Shown: positions 33,607 to 44,226 of the stretch, piece by piece | How the letters are laid out: each line of letters opens with the position of its first letter | How positions within the stretch are numbered: the stretch's first letter is position 1 | From: Desulfatiglandales bacterium | Lineage (GTDB): Bacteria; Desulfobacterota; DSM-4660; Desulfatiglandales; Desulfatiglandaceae | Assembly: GCA_963662465.1 (NCBI GenBank) | Contig: OY759599.1 | Span: 2,464,001 to 2,528,000 of the forward strand | Length of the DNA: 64,000 nucleotides | Direction: 5' to 3' | Program-made: the position numbers and the translations under genes | The notes under the pieces: generated by a model | What the model was told of the DNA's origin: nothing | What the model saw: the letters and a program-made list of their open reading frames with translations, nothing else | The model's database searches: none

Positions 33607-33683
33607 GGGCTATCCTCCTGAAAGGTTTTAGCCCAAGTTAAGTCCCCCGCGCAGCATTTCATGCGGGCTTGCCGAAAGGACAC

Positions 33684-34462
33684 AAAAGAGCAACAAGAAG
33701 GGTAAACGCCCGATGATCATCATTGATGAGCTGCAGGCCCTGGACGAGATCTATTTCAACAGCGGGCGTGAGCTGCTCAACGAGATGTTTAATTTCTTTG
33801 TGGCCATGACCAAGGAGTCGCACCTGTGCCATGTGGTCATTGCCAGTTCAGACGGGTACTTCATTGAGCGCATTTACCAGGACAGCAAACTGAAAAAGAC
33901 CAGCGAATTCATGGAGGTCAAGTATCTGCTGGAAGCAGATGTAATGGATTGGCTGAACGACCTGAAAACCTACAGCAAGATTAAGGATTACGTATTGAAC
34001 AATCGACAAAGACAGACTATTTGGGATTTCTTTGGCGGTTCGTGCTGGGAAATTTCAAATTTTCTCGGCAACCTTTTGAATATTGCGCATAAGGGGCAGG
34101 TTTTAGACGATGAGTTTGATGAGATGCTGCAAAATAAGCTGGTTTTCTTTCGGTCCATGTTTGTGGAATACGCCACTATTGAGCCGGAGAAGGAACAGCT
34201 ATTGCTGAAGATAGCAGCGTTGATCACATACAACCCGGCCAAGGGCTTTACGTTCAATGAACTTCGCTCACTCGTGGAAGACAATATCTGGACGATTTCC
34301 GCATTAAGAGCCGAGTTGAACAGCCTGGTGCGAAAGAATTTTCTCAGCTACGCCCCGCCCCGGGCCGAATATGCCTTGCAGGGCCGAAGCATGGAATTAG
34401 GGCTTCAGGCGTATGTGAAATTGATTCCACCTGGAGACGGAGTGAAAAGGAATGGAGATTGA
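33684..34462 (+). pseudogene. MJ-type ATPase, copy E, 5'-truncated by IS66
   Basis: Starts at KSNKKGKRP right after the IS end; Walker A is missing. Confidence 0.88.
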
Positions 34463-34541
34463 AACATCTAAACATCGGGTTGGACCGACTTAACAACTTA
34501 ATAACACAACGAATATATCATTTTCCATAGTGTCTGTTCAG

Positions 34542-34572
34542 GTAAAGGGCAAACACACAGGTTCGCCCCTAC
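34542..34572. repeat. REP-like palindrome
   Basis: GTAAAGGGCAAAC-ACACAG-GTTCGCCCCTAC hairpin. Confidence 0.5.
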
Positions 34573-34676
34573 ATTGGTGGCCGAAAGGATGATCAAGGCC
34601 GAAACACTCAAGAGCAATGACCCATGAAGAAAGTTAAACATATTTTCGGAAGGCCGACCAAATTGATATAGGGGGT

Positions 34677-34925
34677 ATGGAAATGAATATACATGAATTG
34701 ATTGAATCAATGCCTGAGGTCATGCGGGGCAAGCCGGTGATCAAGGAAACAAGAATTCCGGTTGAGCTCATTATACGAAAAATGGGTGAAGGCGCCTCTA
34801 TTGATGATTTGCTTGATGGATACCCGAATCTGACAAGAGAAAGTGTACAAGCTGCGCTTGTTTACGCTGCTGATATCATTGGGAATGAAAACATCATATA
34901 TCTCAAGACCGGCACATCAAATTGA
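34677..34925 (+). CDS. DUF433 family antitoxin
   Basis: PEVMRGKPVIKETRIPVELI...YPNLTRESVQAALVYA. Confidence 0.9.
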   Translation: MEMNIHELIESMPEVMRGKPVIKETRIPVELIIRKMGEGASIDDLLDGYPNLTRESVQAALVYAADIIGNENIIYLKTGTSN

Positions 34926-35304
34926 TAAACAATCTCAATCAAACTTTTCTTTCGGATGAAAGCTGCGATTTTGCCATTATTCGCGCTCTTCGAGCCGAAG
35001 GCTTTGATGTTGTTTCTGTTACTGAAAGCTATCCAGCTTTAGCGGATGAATACGTATGATAGCCTACCGCGAAAAGAGACTATTATTAACGGAGGATAAG
35101 GATTTTGGAGAATGGGTTTTTTCACATGGGAAAAAGATGGCCGGCATAGTGCTGTTTCGGTATCCTGCAAGACTGCGACACAGCATAGCAAATATGACAG
35201 TTGAACTTGTCAGGGAGCACGGATTGTCGCTGTTAAGCAATTTCACGGTAATCGAGCCGGGAAGAGCCAGAATCCGAAAAATGACAGGTAACTTAGATGG
35301 GTGA
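34922..35304 (+). pseudogene. DUF5615 PIN-like toxin, frameshifted
   Basis: FLSDES...ALRAEGFDVVSV...ADEYV* then, in another frame, IAYREKRLLLTEDKDFGE. Confidence 0.82.
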
Positions 35305-35420
35305 CCTCCAATGGTAAGATGGGGTCGGACCAAACTAAACAATTGAAATGTGATAGCTTGTCCAACCCCAAGCGAAACCAAGCGAACAACATCGATATAA
35401 GGAAACCAGGAGATCAGACG

Positions 35421-36587
35421 ATGAATACTTTAAAGCCGTTTACCAATGTTCCTCCCTTTATAAACCGTGCTGAAGAGATTCATTATCTACAGTCCTGGAT
35501 AGCGGAAAAGCCCAAGAATATCCTTTTCCTCTACGGTCCAAAATCAAGCGGCAAGACCACGTTGATCTATCGCTTCATTGAGCAAAACCTGTCCAACGGC
35601 AAGTACGATATCAAGCACTTTAATTTGCGTGAACTCCTTCTGGTCAACTACAAGAGCTTTTTGCGGGCTTTTTTCGAGTTGAAAAGCAGCGAACAGGTCA
35701 AAGAAACCCGTCAGTATGATTTGAAAGTCTTCAAACTCAGCGTAGAGACCCTCAAAGGGCTGGAATCCAAAGAACTTGACCCGTTCATCGTCATGAAGCG
35801 GGAGTTGGAGAAGAGCAACAAGAAGGGAAAGCGCCCGGTGATCATCATTGATGAGCTGCAGGCACTAGATGAGATTTACTTCAACGGCGGGCGTGAGCTG
35901 CTCAACGAGATGTTTAATTTCTTTGTGGCCATGACCAAGGAGTCGCACCTATGCCATGTGCTCATTGCCAGTTCCGACGGGTACTTCATCGAGCGCATCT
36001 ATCAGGACAGCAAGTTGAAGAAGACCAGCGAATTGATGGAGGTCAAGTATCTTCAGGAATCTGATGTAATGGATTGGCTGAGCGATCTGAAAACCTACAG
36101 CAAAATTACGGATTACGTATTGAACAATCGACAAAGACAGGCCATTTGGGATTTCTTTGGTGGTTCGTGCTGGGAAATTTCAAATTTTCTCGGCAACCTT
36201 TTGAATATTGCGCATAAGGGGCAGGTTTTAGACGATGAGTTTGATGAGATGCTGCAAAATAAGCTGGTTTTCTTTCGGTCTATGTTTGTCGAGTATGCCA
36301 CCATTGAGCCGGAGAAAGAACAGCTATTGCTGAAGATAGCAGCGTTGATCTCAATTAACCAGGCCAAGGGGTTTACGTTCAATGAACTTCGATCACTCGT
36401 AGAGGATAATATCTGGTCGATTTCCGCATTAAGAGCCGAGTTGAACAGCCTAGTGCAAAAGAATTTTCTCAGCTACGCCCCACCTCGGGCCGAATATGCC
36501 TTGCAGGGCAGAAGCATGGAATTAGGGCTTCTGGCTTATGTGAAATTGATTCCGCCTGGAGACGGAGCGAAAAGGACTGGGGATTGA
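35421..36587 (+). CDS. MJ-type ATPase, copy F
   Basis: AGGAG RBS, variant N-terminus MNTLKPFTNVPPFINRAEEI, full length. Confidence 0.88.
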   Translation: MNTLKPFTNVPPFINRAEEIHYLQSWIAEKPKNILFLYGPKSSGKTTLIYRFIEQNLSNGKYDIKHFNLRELLLVNYKSFLRAFFELKSSEQVKETRQYDLKVFKLSVETLKGLESKELDPFIVMKRELEKSNKKGKRPVIIIDELQALDEIYFNGGRELLNEMFNFFVAMTKESHLCHVLIASSDGYFIERIYQDSKLKKTSELMEVKYLQESDVMDWLSDLKTYSKITDYVLNNRQRQAIWDFFGGSCWEISNFLGNLLNIAHKGQVLDDEFDEMLQNKLVFFRSMFVEYATIEPEKEQLLLKIAALISINQAKGFTFNELRSLVEDNIWSISALRAELNSLVQKNFLSYAPPRAEYALQGRSMELGLLAYVKLIPPGDGAKRTGD

Positions 36588-38558
36588 AGCATCTAAGCGT
36601 CAGGTCGGACCAACTTAACAACCTGATAAAACGATGAATATGGAATTATGAAACGCATAAGTCTAAATGTTGTGGGGTTGTATAACCCATCAAAATTAAA
36701 AGGCGTTTTCGGTAAACAAGAATGCATTATGAACATTCATAACTTGAATCCAAGGTAAGTCAAATGTTTGGCCGTTGGCTAATTCAAAGGGACTTTTATG
36801 AGCATTTTTTGCGCCAGGTAAAAATGGGACAAAATTCCTGATAGTCGCATGTGCTCGAAAGAAAAGACTTGCCCATTTCTTATCTCGAAAACTCTCAATT
36901 TGTTTTAGTTTACGTTTGATTCCTTTTAAATAATTGTCAACAATGGAGGTTGTTTGTTTTATCCCATTTCTATTTTTATGAGAGGTATAATGAGTGGCAT
37001 TTTCTTTTAATTCTACTACCCTCTTTTTTAGTAATGGATGAGAAAATGCATCGTCATCTAATGCCTTAATCTTTACTTCCAAGTTAACTTTAGATGTGGA
37101 TGTTTTCAAAACTTTCTTAAATTTTTTATAAAGCTTGTCCACTTCTTGGTCGGTACATTTTGATTCTTTTTGATATTTTGATAGTGCATCGTAGAAGTTT
37201 TTCAAACAATGACGATGGCAATATCCGACCCAAATGTTATGGAATACGGTCTTGATAGCATTGGTTGAGGCTTTCCACTTATCTTTTGTTACACCAAGGA
37301 TTTTGAAGTCGATTTTTTGCAAAAAATCCTCAAATGAACCGCACAGGTTTTCTTCATCAACATGATCAACATAATCGGAGTGCCATACTAATAAATTTTC
37401 AGGATCGACCATAACTACAGAATAAGTTCTTAAATTTGGTTCTTTTTCAAAGCCCTCATCTTCCTGTAGATATCCTGAGCCTTTCACTCCTGCTCTTGTT
37501 AGTATTGTTGCAGGATGAAGTGTTCCTGCCCATCGATTCCAATTCAAGATGGTTTGTTTGCTTTTGACACTTTTTTTGCCAATAATTTTAAGGCTTTCGA
37601 TGGCTCCTTGAATGCTCGCATTAAAACGGTACATATTCCGAAATACGTGCCCAATAATCTCTATACCAAAATTCTTTTCCCTTGGGAGAAAGCTGGGAAC
37701 AAGAGAGAACTTTTGTTTGCACTTCCGGCATTGTATCATGCGGATTGGGAATGTCTGTTGTTCTCCTCCATTCATTATTGTTTTTCGAGGATTCCCGCGG
37801 AAACCAGATAAAATATATTCTTTAGGTCCAGAACATGTTGAATTATGGCCTGTGTGGTGATCATATTTATCGAGTTTATCTAATACTTCAATGCGAAACT
37901 TCTTACTATCTTTTACGAGAGCATGATAGCTTTCGGTGTTATTATAAGGAAAGATATATGTTTGATTTCCTCGTTTAGAAACAAGGTCTTCCATTTTCTT
38001 TTTTACATTTTCGATTATGGATTTATCAAAAGATTTTAACATCCCTATCTCAAATGCAATACTGATTGTACTATCACGACTTTTTACATTATTCAATTTT
38101 TTAGTAATATTACTTATCATTGAACGAATTGAATAAAAGATTCTAATTTTCTGTCGATCCCGTTGTGTTTTTGGAATGCTTTTTTTCCCTTTTATTGGCT
38201 TACAAATATCCCATAATTGACTTATTAACCTACCAAGTTCATCAATAAGACTTATCGTTCGCGTTTTAAATTTGCACTTCGATTAATTTCGAAATCTGGT
38301 AGCGGGTACCTCTCTTGGCAGGGGGAAAAGCTATTTCCGGAAAGCCTACCAGGAGTCTTTTTGAGCAACATGCATCCATGGGTTAGTAAAGCCTGAAAAA
38401 TAACACACGTCGAATATTGGAACAACACAATAGGGCAGAAAATGGAATGGATTGTGCGTAAAACACCATCGTTCCATATCTCCAACAATGATATGAATTG
38501 TCGTAAAATCTGTATTTCAATTGTGACAACCTATAAGGGCTATGACGATAACATTCTA

Positions 38559-38873
38559 CTATTGCATAACTTCTAAATTATCGCATATAGAAGCGCTAAG
38601 TCCAAAGTGTTTTAGAATTTCACGTTGCAATTGAGAAAGCGGGGTTAGATGTCTTATCACACTATCTCCTGTTTCAATTATCGTTAATGTAATTTTGCTG
38701 AAAGCATTTAATAGTTTCTCACACGTTGGATTGCTCGTAGCTTTCTTGGGATTTCCCAGGTGCAATCCAACAAGCTTTTCGTCACTTCTTGCTAATGAGC
38801 GGCGAACAACAAATTCAACCAGAGTAATTACCCTGACTCCTATCATCAGAAGATGCGTTATTCCTTTAACTTG
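38559..38873 (-). pseudogene. IS1634 transposase, C-terminal piece
   Basis: QVKGITHLL...LTPLSQLQREIL continues FYVKRED from 43855. Confidence 0.85.
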
Positions 38874-39531
38874 AAAGCATAGGAATTTCCATTTTTGATT
38901 TGGCATATCAAATAGTTGTTGCAGTGATGGCATTAAATGTGTCAAAAAAAGCACATTATGCATATGCCATCAAACCAAAAAATTGATAAGGAGACTTTCC
39001 GGACGATTTTTATTGATCATTGGGAATCATTCAAAGAGCATCATCCAGGGTATGATAATTCGCAATATGAAGATCCGGTTCAGAAAATGCTTGGTTGCGG
39101 CAAGGAAAGCGCCGGATATAGCGAGCACCGGTGTGTTTATTGCGGTGGTGATGTTCGCCGGATAGGTTTTAGTTGCAAGAGCTGTTTTTGTTTATCCTGC
39201 GCCAAGAAACATGTTGACGATTTTGTCAGTCAAGTGAGTAGGGTGCTTCATGGGGGCATGAATTACCGTCACATTGTTTTGACAATTCCCGAGCAACTGA
39301 GAATCGTTTTTTCTACAGCGTCAGGATACGGTTGGATTCAATAAGCCATTGAATTAACGGTATTATCTTTGATATTTTTTTCATAATTGTACCACACAAA
39401 CGCTGGGAAACAAACCTTATATTTCAGTAACCACTTGATTTTATTGAATTGGAGGATTGACAAGCAATTGGCATTTTGATACATTTATTTGGAAATAGCC
39501 ACAGAAAACAAATAAATGTATCAGAGGTCAC

Positions 39532-40224
39532 ATGTTATCTCCTGAAGACTCCAAAAAGGCTTTACATAAATGGTTTAGGAAGAAATACATCGCAGATCTC
39601 AATCAGCTCTTCCATGTACTGAAAACAAGTTCTCGGATGAGTGTATTCCGGAGGCTTAAACTTATCGGATACTTGACAAGCTTTACGGATGCCGGTCGTT
39701 ACTACACCCTTGAGGATATTCCTTCGTTTGATTCTTGGGGTTTGTGGTTTTATCGGGGAATCGGCTTTTCAAAGGCCGGCACGCTAAAAGCGACTGTGGT
39801 GGAAATTGTGCATTTATCGAATGCCGGAATGACACCGAAAGAGCTGTTGCATTTGTTGAAGATTCGGATTCCCAACACGTTGCACAACACGCTTCATGGG
39901 CTGGTTCAATCCCAGCAGATAAGTCGGCACCGATCCGAAGGGCTTTCCTTATATACCAATGGAGATCCGGATAAAGGAAAAGTGCAAATAGCGGCGCGTC
40001 GCGTACATATACAAGAAGGGGTTCAAATTGTCGGGCCGGTCCCAATGGAAACGACCATTGCTGTTCTTGTGGAAGCGCTGAAGGCGGGCCAAGTTATTGT
40101 ATCTCAATCTGAAATAGCAACCCGCCTCGCCGTTCGGGGATTGGCCGTCACTGTCGATCAGGTGAACCGGATTTTTTCAGAACATGGCATTCAAGCAGAA
40201 AAAAAAACGTCAAGATTCCGCTGA
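39532..40224 (+). CDS. IS ORF1, hypothetical DNA-binding protein
   Basis: Lies inside the TIRs; GAGG RBS; ends in an A9 run. Confidence 0.7.
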   Translation: MLSPEDSKKALHKWFRKKYIADLNQLFHVLKTSSRMSVFRRLKLIGYLTSFTDAGRYYTLEDIPSFDSWGLWFYRGIGFSKAGTLKATVVEIVHLSNAGMTPKELLHLLKIRIPNTLHNTLHGLVQSQQISRHRSEGLSLYTNGDPDKGKVQIAARRVHIQEGVQIVGPVPMETTIAVLVEALKAGQVIVSQSEIATRLAVRGLAVTVDQVNRIFSEHGIQAEKKTSRFR

Positions 40225-40259
40225 AAACGCTGGTCTACCTAAGGCATCAGGCGCATCGT

Positions 40260-42122
40260 TTGAATGATAGTTGTTTTAAACAAGTGGTCGGGTTAGCGGA
40301 TATCGTTGTATCTGCTAAGGATGAGGTTGGGGTATGTGAACTCTGCAATGGACCGATGCGTGTACAAAAAACGTTTGTGCATGAAGGACGGACCATCGAG
40401 CATGGTACGTTTAATGTTAGGGAAACGGTACATGTATGTTCGGAGCGGTGCCGTAATGATGATGGGACATTGTTTACCAAGAGAGCAGAATCGGTCGTTC
40501 GGACCATTATGCCAAACGGCATTGTCGGTTATGACGTAATGGTTTATGTGGGTCTCAATAGGCTGCTCGGCTATAAACAGAGAGAGGAAATAAAAGCAGA
40601 ATTAAAGGAAAGGCACGGCATCAAATTGTCTTGCGGTGAGGTTAGCAATCTGACACGATACTTTTTGGAATACTTGCTCAGACTTCATCACGTGCGGGCT
40701 GAGCAATTGAAAGGGGTCCTGGAGGCGGATGGGGGTTGGCCGATGCAAGTGGATGCCACTGGAGAAGCCGGTCGAGGGACCCTATTTGTTGTGATGGCTG
40801 GTTGGAGAAAATGGGTGCTTGGCGCCTGGAAAATTTCAACTGAACGAGCCGATCTTTTGTTACCCTGCATGCGGGATACGGTCAGTCGATTCGGCCCGCC
40901 TTGCGGAGCCATGCGCGACTTGGGACGCGCGGTATCGCCGGCCATCGACGAACTCGTATCTGAGATGCAATTGGATATACCCGTGTTAGCTTTCCATCAA
41001 CACTTTCTTGCCGACATTGGTAAAGACCTTATAAAACCTGACCATTCCGCTTTGCGGGACCATTTCCGGCGTACAAAAGTACGACCTAAAATCAATAACT
41101 TAGTCCGTGAGATCGGGCGAGAGATAGGCTTTGAGATCAATGAAACACGGCAGGCGGTTCTGGATTGGCAAGAGAGGGATGACTATCGTCTCCCACCGGG
41201 ACGAGATGGTCTTGCCGTTGTACGAAACATAGCACAGTGGATAATCGACTATAAGGCAGATCTTTCAGGCCTGGATTTTCCTTTTGACAGACCGTATTTG
41301 AGTTTTTTCAACAGGTGTATGGTTGCTCTGCGAGCAATAGATGCATTTCTTCGCATTCCTCCGAATGATAAGCATGTTGTGCGCATGATTCGTCGGCTTA
41401 GGAGGATCGCTTCGAAGGTTTCTTGTGAAGTGCCCTTTCGTCAAACTGTCAAACAGTTGCACCGCCGTGCTGCTTTATTCGATGAGCTGCGAAATCAATT
41501 GCGGTTGGCAAAAGAACTCCCGGATAAGGAATCAATAGAAGACCTTAACGAGATGCGGTATCAGTTTGAAACATGGACGACTGCCCTTAAAGATCGCCGG
41601 CCAAAACGAGGCCCGGGAAAAGATATTCGGGAAGCTATTGATATTATAATCAAACATATTGACACGCATGGTGATAGTCTTTGGGGGCACAGCATATGTT
41701 TGCCGGAAAGAACAGGCGGCGGCATACGGCTTATGAGTCGAACCAACGAACTGCTCGAAAACTTCTTTGGAACAATGAAGCATGGAGAACGACGGCGCAG
41801 TGGACGGAAAAATCTTGGTCAGGATCTGGAACATCTACCGGCAGAAGCGGCTCTGGCATATAATCTGGAACACGCCGATTACGTCAATATAGTTTGTGGA
41901 TCGATCGATCAGCTTCCTCTTGCATTCGCGCAATTAGATATGGAAAACCGGAATAGGAAGAATAAATGGCTGCCTTCCCAAGAAATTGTGAATCTTAAAA
42001 AAGAGCTTCAGCTTTCTACAGCATCTCTATCGACAGCAGATAGACGTTTGGTTAGGACGGATCAGATGAATCATCGCATCAAGAAAGCAGCCAGTAGCCG
42101 TGCTCCTCGCACATTGCAGTGA
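40260..42122 (+). CDS. IS ORF2, putative DDE transposase
   Basis: VDATGE, MRDLG, HQHFL, RTNELLENFF. Start uncertain; possibly reached by frameshift from ORF1. Confidence 0.75.
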   Translation: MNDSCFKQVVGLADIVVSAKDEVGVCELCNGPMRVQKTFVHEGRTIEHGTFNVRETVHVCSERCRNDDGTLFTKRAESVVRTIMPNGIVGYDVMVYVGLNRLLGYKQREEIKAELKERHGIKLSCGEVSNLTRYFLEYLLRLHHVRAEQLKGVLEADGGWPMQVDATGEAGRGTLFVVMAGWRKWVLGAWKISTERADLLLPCMRDTVSRFGPPCGAMRDLGRAVSPAIDELVSEMQLDIPVLAFHQHFLADIGKDLIKPDHSALRDHFRRTKVRPKINNLVREIGREIGFEINETRQAVLDWQERDDYRLPPGRDGLAVVRNIAQWIIDYKADLSGLDFPFDRPYLSFFNRCMVALRAIDAFLRIPPNDKHVVRMIRRLRRIASKVSCEVPFRQTVKQLHRRAALFDELRNQLRLAKELPDKESIEDLNEMRYQFETWTTALKDRRPKRGPGKDIREAIDIIIKHIDTHGDSLWGHSICLPERTGGGIRLMSRTNELLENFFGTMKHGERRRSGRKNLGQDLEHLPAEAALAYNLEHADYVNIVCGSIDQLPLAFAQLDMENRNRKNKWLPSQEIVNLKKELQLSTASLSTADRRLVRTDQMNHRIKKAASSRAPRTLQ

Positions 42123-43046
42123 GGCTAAAGCTGCTGATGGATCCAACCGTATAATGACGCTTTAGCGTTTTTTATAAGGCTCGAAATGATGGACGTTTGT
42201 TATCGGCTTTTATGAGATGCGGGTACGAATGTTTGGAGGATGTTGTCGGAACGGTTCTTCGGCGGAAACTGAAAATAGGAACGATCGTCGTTGTTCAAAC
42301 GCATGGTCGATCCGGTCATTATAATCCGCATTTGCATATCATCATGACAAGCGGTGGGATAAATGAAGATCTGTGCGGTTGGTTTGATTTAAGGTTCTTC
42401 AAGTATGAGATTATACATAAGAAATGGCAGTATCATCTATTCAGAATGCTCAAGTCCCATTTTAACAGCAGTGCGGTCGATAAACTTATTGATGAGCTGT
42501 GGAAAAAATACCCTAAAGGTTTGGTAGCCAATGTGAGCAAGGGTAATGTTCCTGAGACATGTGGGGGTCTGGCGCGATATTTGGCGAAATATGTTGCATC
42601 TCCTCCGATAGCTCTGAGACGGATAATCAGTTATGATGGCCAATATGTTACCTATTGGTACAATGATCACATGACAAAATCCAGGAAGGTTGAAACCGTG
42701 GAAGTGGATGTTTTTATCGGTCGAATGGTTCAACACATAATGCCCAAAGGGTTCCAGCGGGTTCGTTATTATGGGCTACAGGCTACGAAAACTTTTAAGA
42801 AATGGTCGGAAGTAATACGGAAAGGGATGAAGGCTTTGGGGCGTGGGATTAAAAGAACGTATCAAGTCGTAAAAGCGAAAAGATATCGAGAACGTTATAA
42901 GGAGATCAGCTCTCAAGATCCTTTTTTGTGTCGTTATTGTGGCCATGAAATGGTGCTATGGAAGATATGGCATCCAAAATATGGAGTTTTATATGACGAA
43001 TATGAAAACATCAAAAACGACAGGTACGGCACGGTTACAGGACAAA

Positions 43047-43283
43047 ATGACAGCGGGGGTGGAAGGCGAGGACTTCCCGTTCGGCCCTCCTCCGGAGGAA
43101 TATCCTTACCGTTGTTCCCATTGCCGGCATGAAATGAAGGTAAATGAAGCGATAATAGACGTCGAGATTGCAAAAGCAGAATATGAAGGAAGGAATGTGG
43201 AAGGCTTTATGCCCATTCTCGGTTGCCCTCAGTGCAATCGAGAAACAATGAAATATGCGCAAGGTAGAAAGCCCGCGCGTTAG
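43047..43283 (+). CDS. Small zinc-ribbon-like protein
   Basis: CSHC...CPQC pairs, AGGA RBS, overlaps the 3' end of the IS91 transposase. Confidence 0.5.
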   Translation: MTAGVEGEDFPFGPPPEEYPYRCSHCRHEMKVNEAIIDVEIAKAEYEGRNVEGFMPILGCPQCNRETMKYAQGRKPAR

Positions 43284-43288
43284 CGCGC

Positions 43289-43854
43289 TAAGTTCATCCC
43301 CTGTTGCCACCCAGCGGGATACACATAGGTATACCAATCCAGGGGCTGATCAAAAGGCGTTTTGACGGCGATCCACCAATCTGCATTTTGACCTGCTTTG
43401 CTTTCCGGATCAAGGCTGATGGTGATGGATACCAGAGTGCCTGGCGGAACGACAATCGGTCCATCCGAGCCGTTGGCCTTAATGTCTAACGCGGGAATAA
43501 CAGGCTCGTTGATCGTAAAGGTGCGAAAATCGGAACACCTGAAATTGTTCGAATTTGTTCCACCGATTCCGGCGGGACCATACACGTTCACCCGCCACTT
43601 ATAAGAACTTCCGGTTGGTAAATTGAGGCCTGTGGGAAGGGTAAACGATGTCTCCCCACTATAGGGGGAATCATACCATCTGATTCCCGTAGTGTAATCC
43701 GTTATGCGCACTGAATAGCGGTAGCTCCCATCTCCCGGATCCCCTGTTACCCTGGCCCAGCTGAAAGAAGGGGTGAGTGTGTCAAAATACGCGTTGTCGG
43801 CAGGGACGCGGGAATCCGTTGAAAAGTCCGGCACGGGATTGTAGGCGTAATTTA
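43289..43854 (-). pseudogene. Internal fragment of a large extracellular beta-rich protein gene (cargo)
   Basis: Fn3-like TPSFSW...YSVRI...YKWRV followed by DIKANGSDGP...ADWW; no convincing native start or end. Confidence 0.65.
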
Positions 43855-44226
43855 ATCTTCCCTTTTGACGTAAAACGGGGCGATGTTTAGCCTACTTTTC
43901 AGCCGGTTAAATATTCGTTCAACCCGGTATTGTTTTCGATAAGACCTAACTACATCGATAAAATCAAGTCGCTCCCTTGATACATCTGTAACATAGGCCT
44001 TCCACCCATACTTCTTCTTCTCCGCATCTATTGCTTCTTTAATCCGTGTCACTTTTGTTATTTGATAACGTATTTTTTCTTCAATCTTTTTCTCTCTTTT
44101 GACACTCCCTCTACCTTTACCAATATATTTCGTTTTACTTTCTACTTCCCGCACATATTCATATTTGAGGAAATCTTTCACCCTATGTTTTTTCAAAATC
44201 GATTTTGCTGATTCTATTAATTTTTC
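43855..44226 (-). pseudogene. IS1634 transposase, middle piece
   Basis: YGWKAYVTD...YRKQYRVERIFNRLK. Confidence 0.85.

Larger units (their letters stand above)
26781..33683 (-). mobile_element. IS66-family element with a DUF4338 passenger, interrupted by a RIT element
   Basis: 23-bp terminal inverted repeats GTGTCCTTTC(T/G)GCAAGCC(T/C)GCAT; tnpA, tnpB, tnpC present; no target duplication. Confidence 0.88.
39313..42165 (+). mobile_element. Unclassified two-ORF IS
   Basis: 28-bp imperfect TIR CTA(C/A)AGCGTCA(GG/TT)ATACGGTTGGAT(T/C)CA and 8-bp duplication CGTTTTTT. Confidence 0.9.
38958..43132 (+). pseudogene. IS91-family transposase split by a nested IS (38958-39312 plus 42174-43132)
   Basis: CKSCFCLSC, HIVLTIP, NPHLHII (HUH), YLAKY (Y2), VRYYG; rejoins as LRIVFYKARNDG. 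Confidence 0.9.
38874..43854 (+). mobile_element. IS91-type rolling-circle element with 3' cargo
   Basis: Removing it restores the IS1634 frame with no duplication (boundary ambiguous by 1 nt); encodes an HUH-Y2 transposase. Confidence 0.8.

Noticed and set aside
19956..36650. Integron cassette array
   Set aside because: No IntI and no consistent attC structure; the tyrosine recombinases belong to the RIT.
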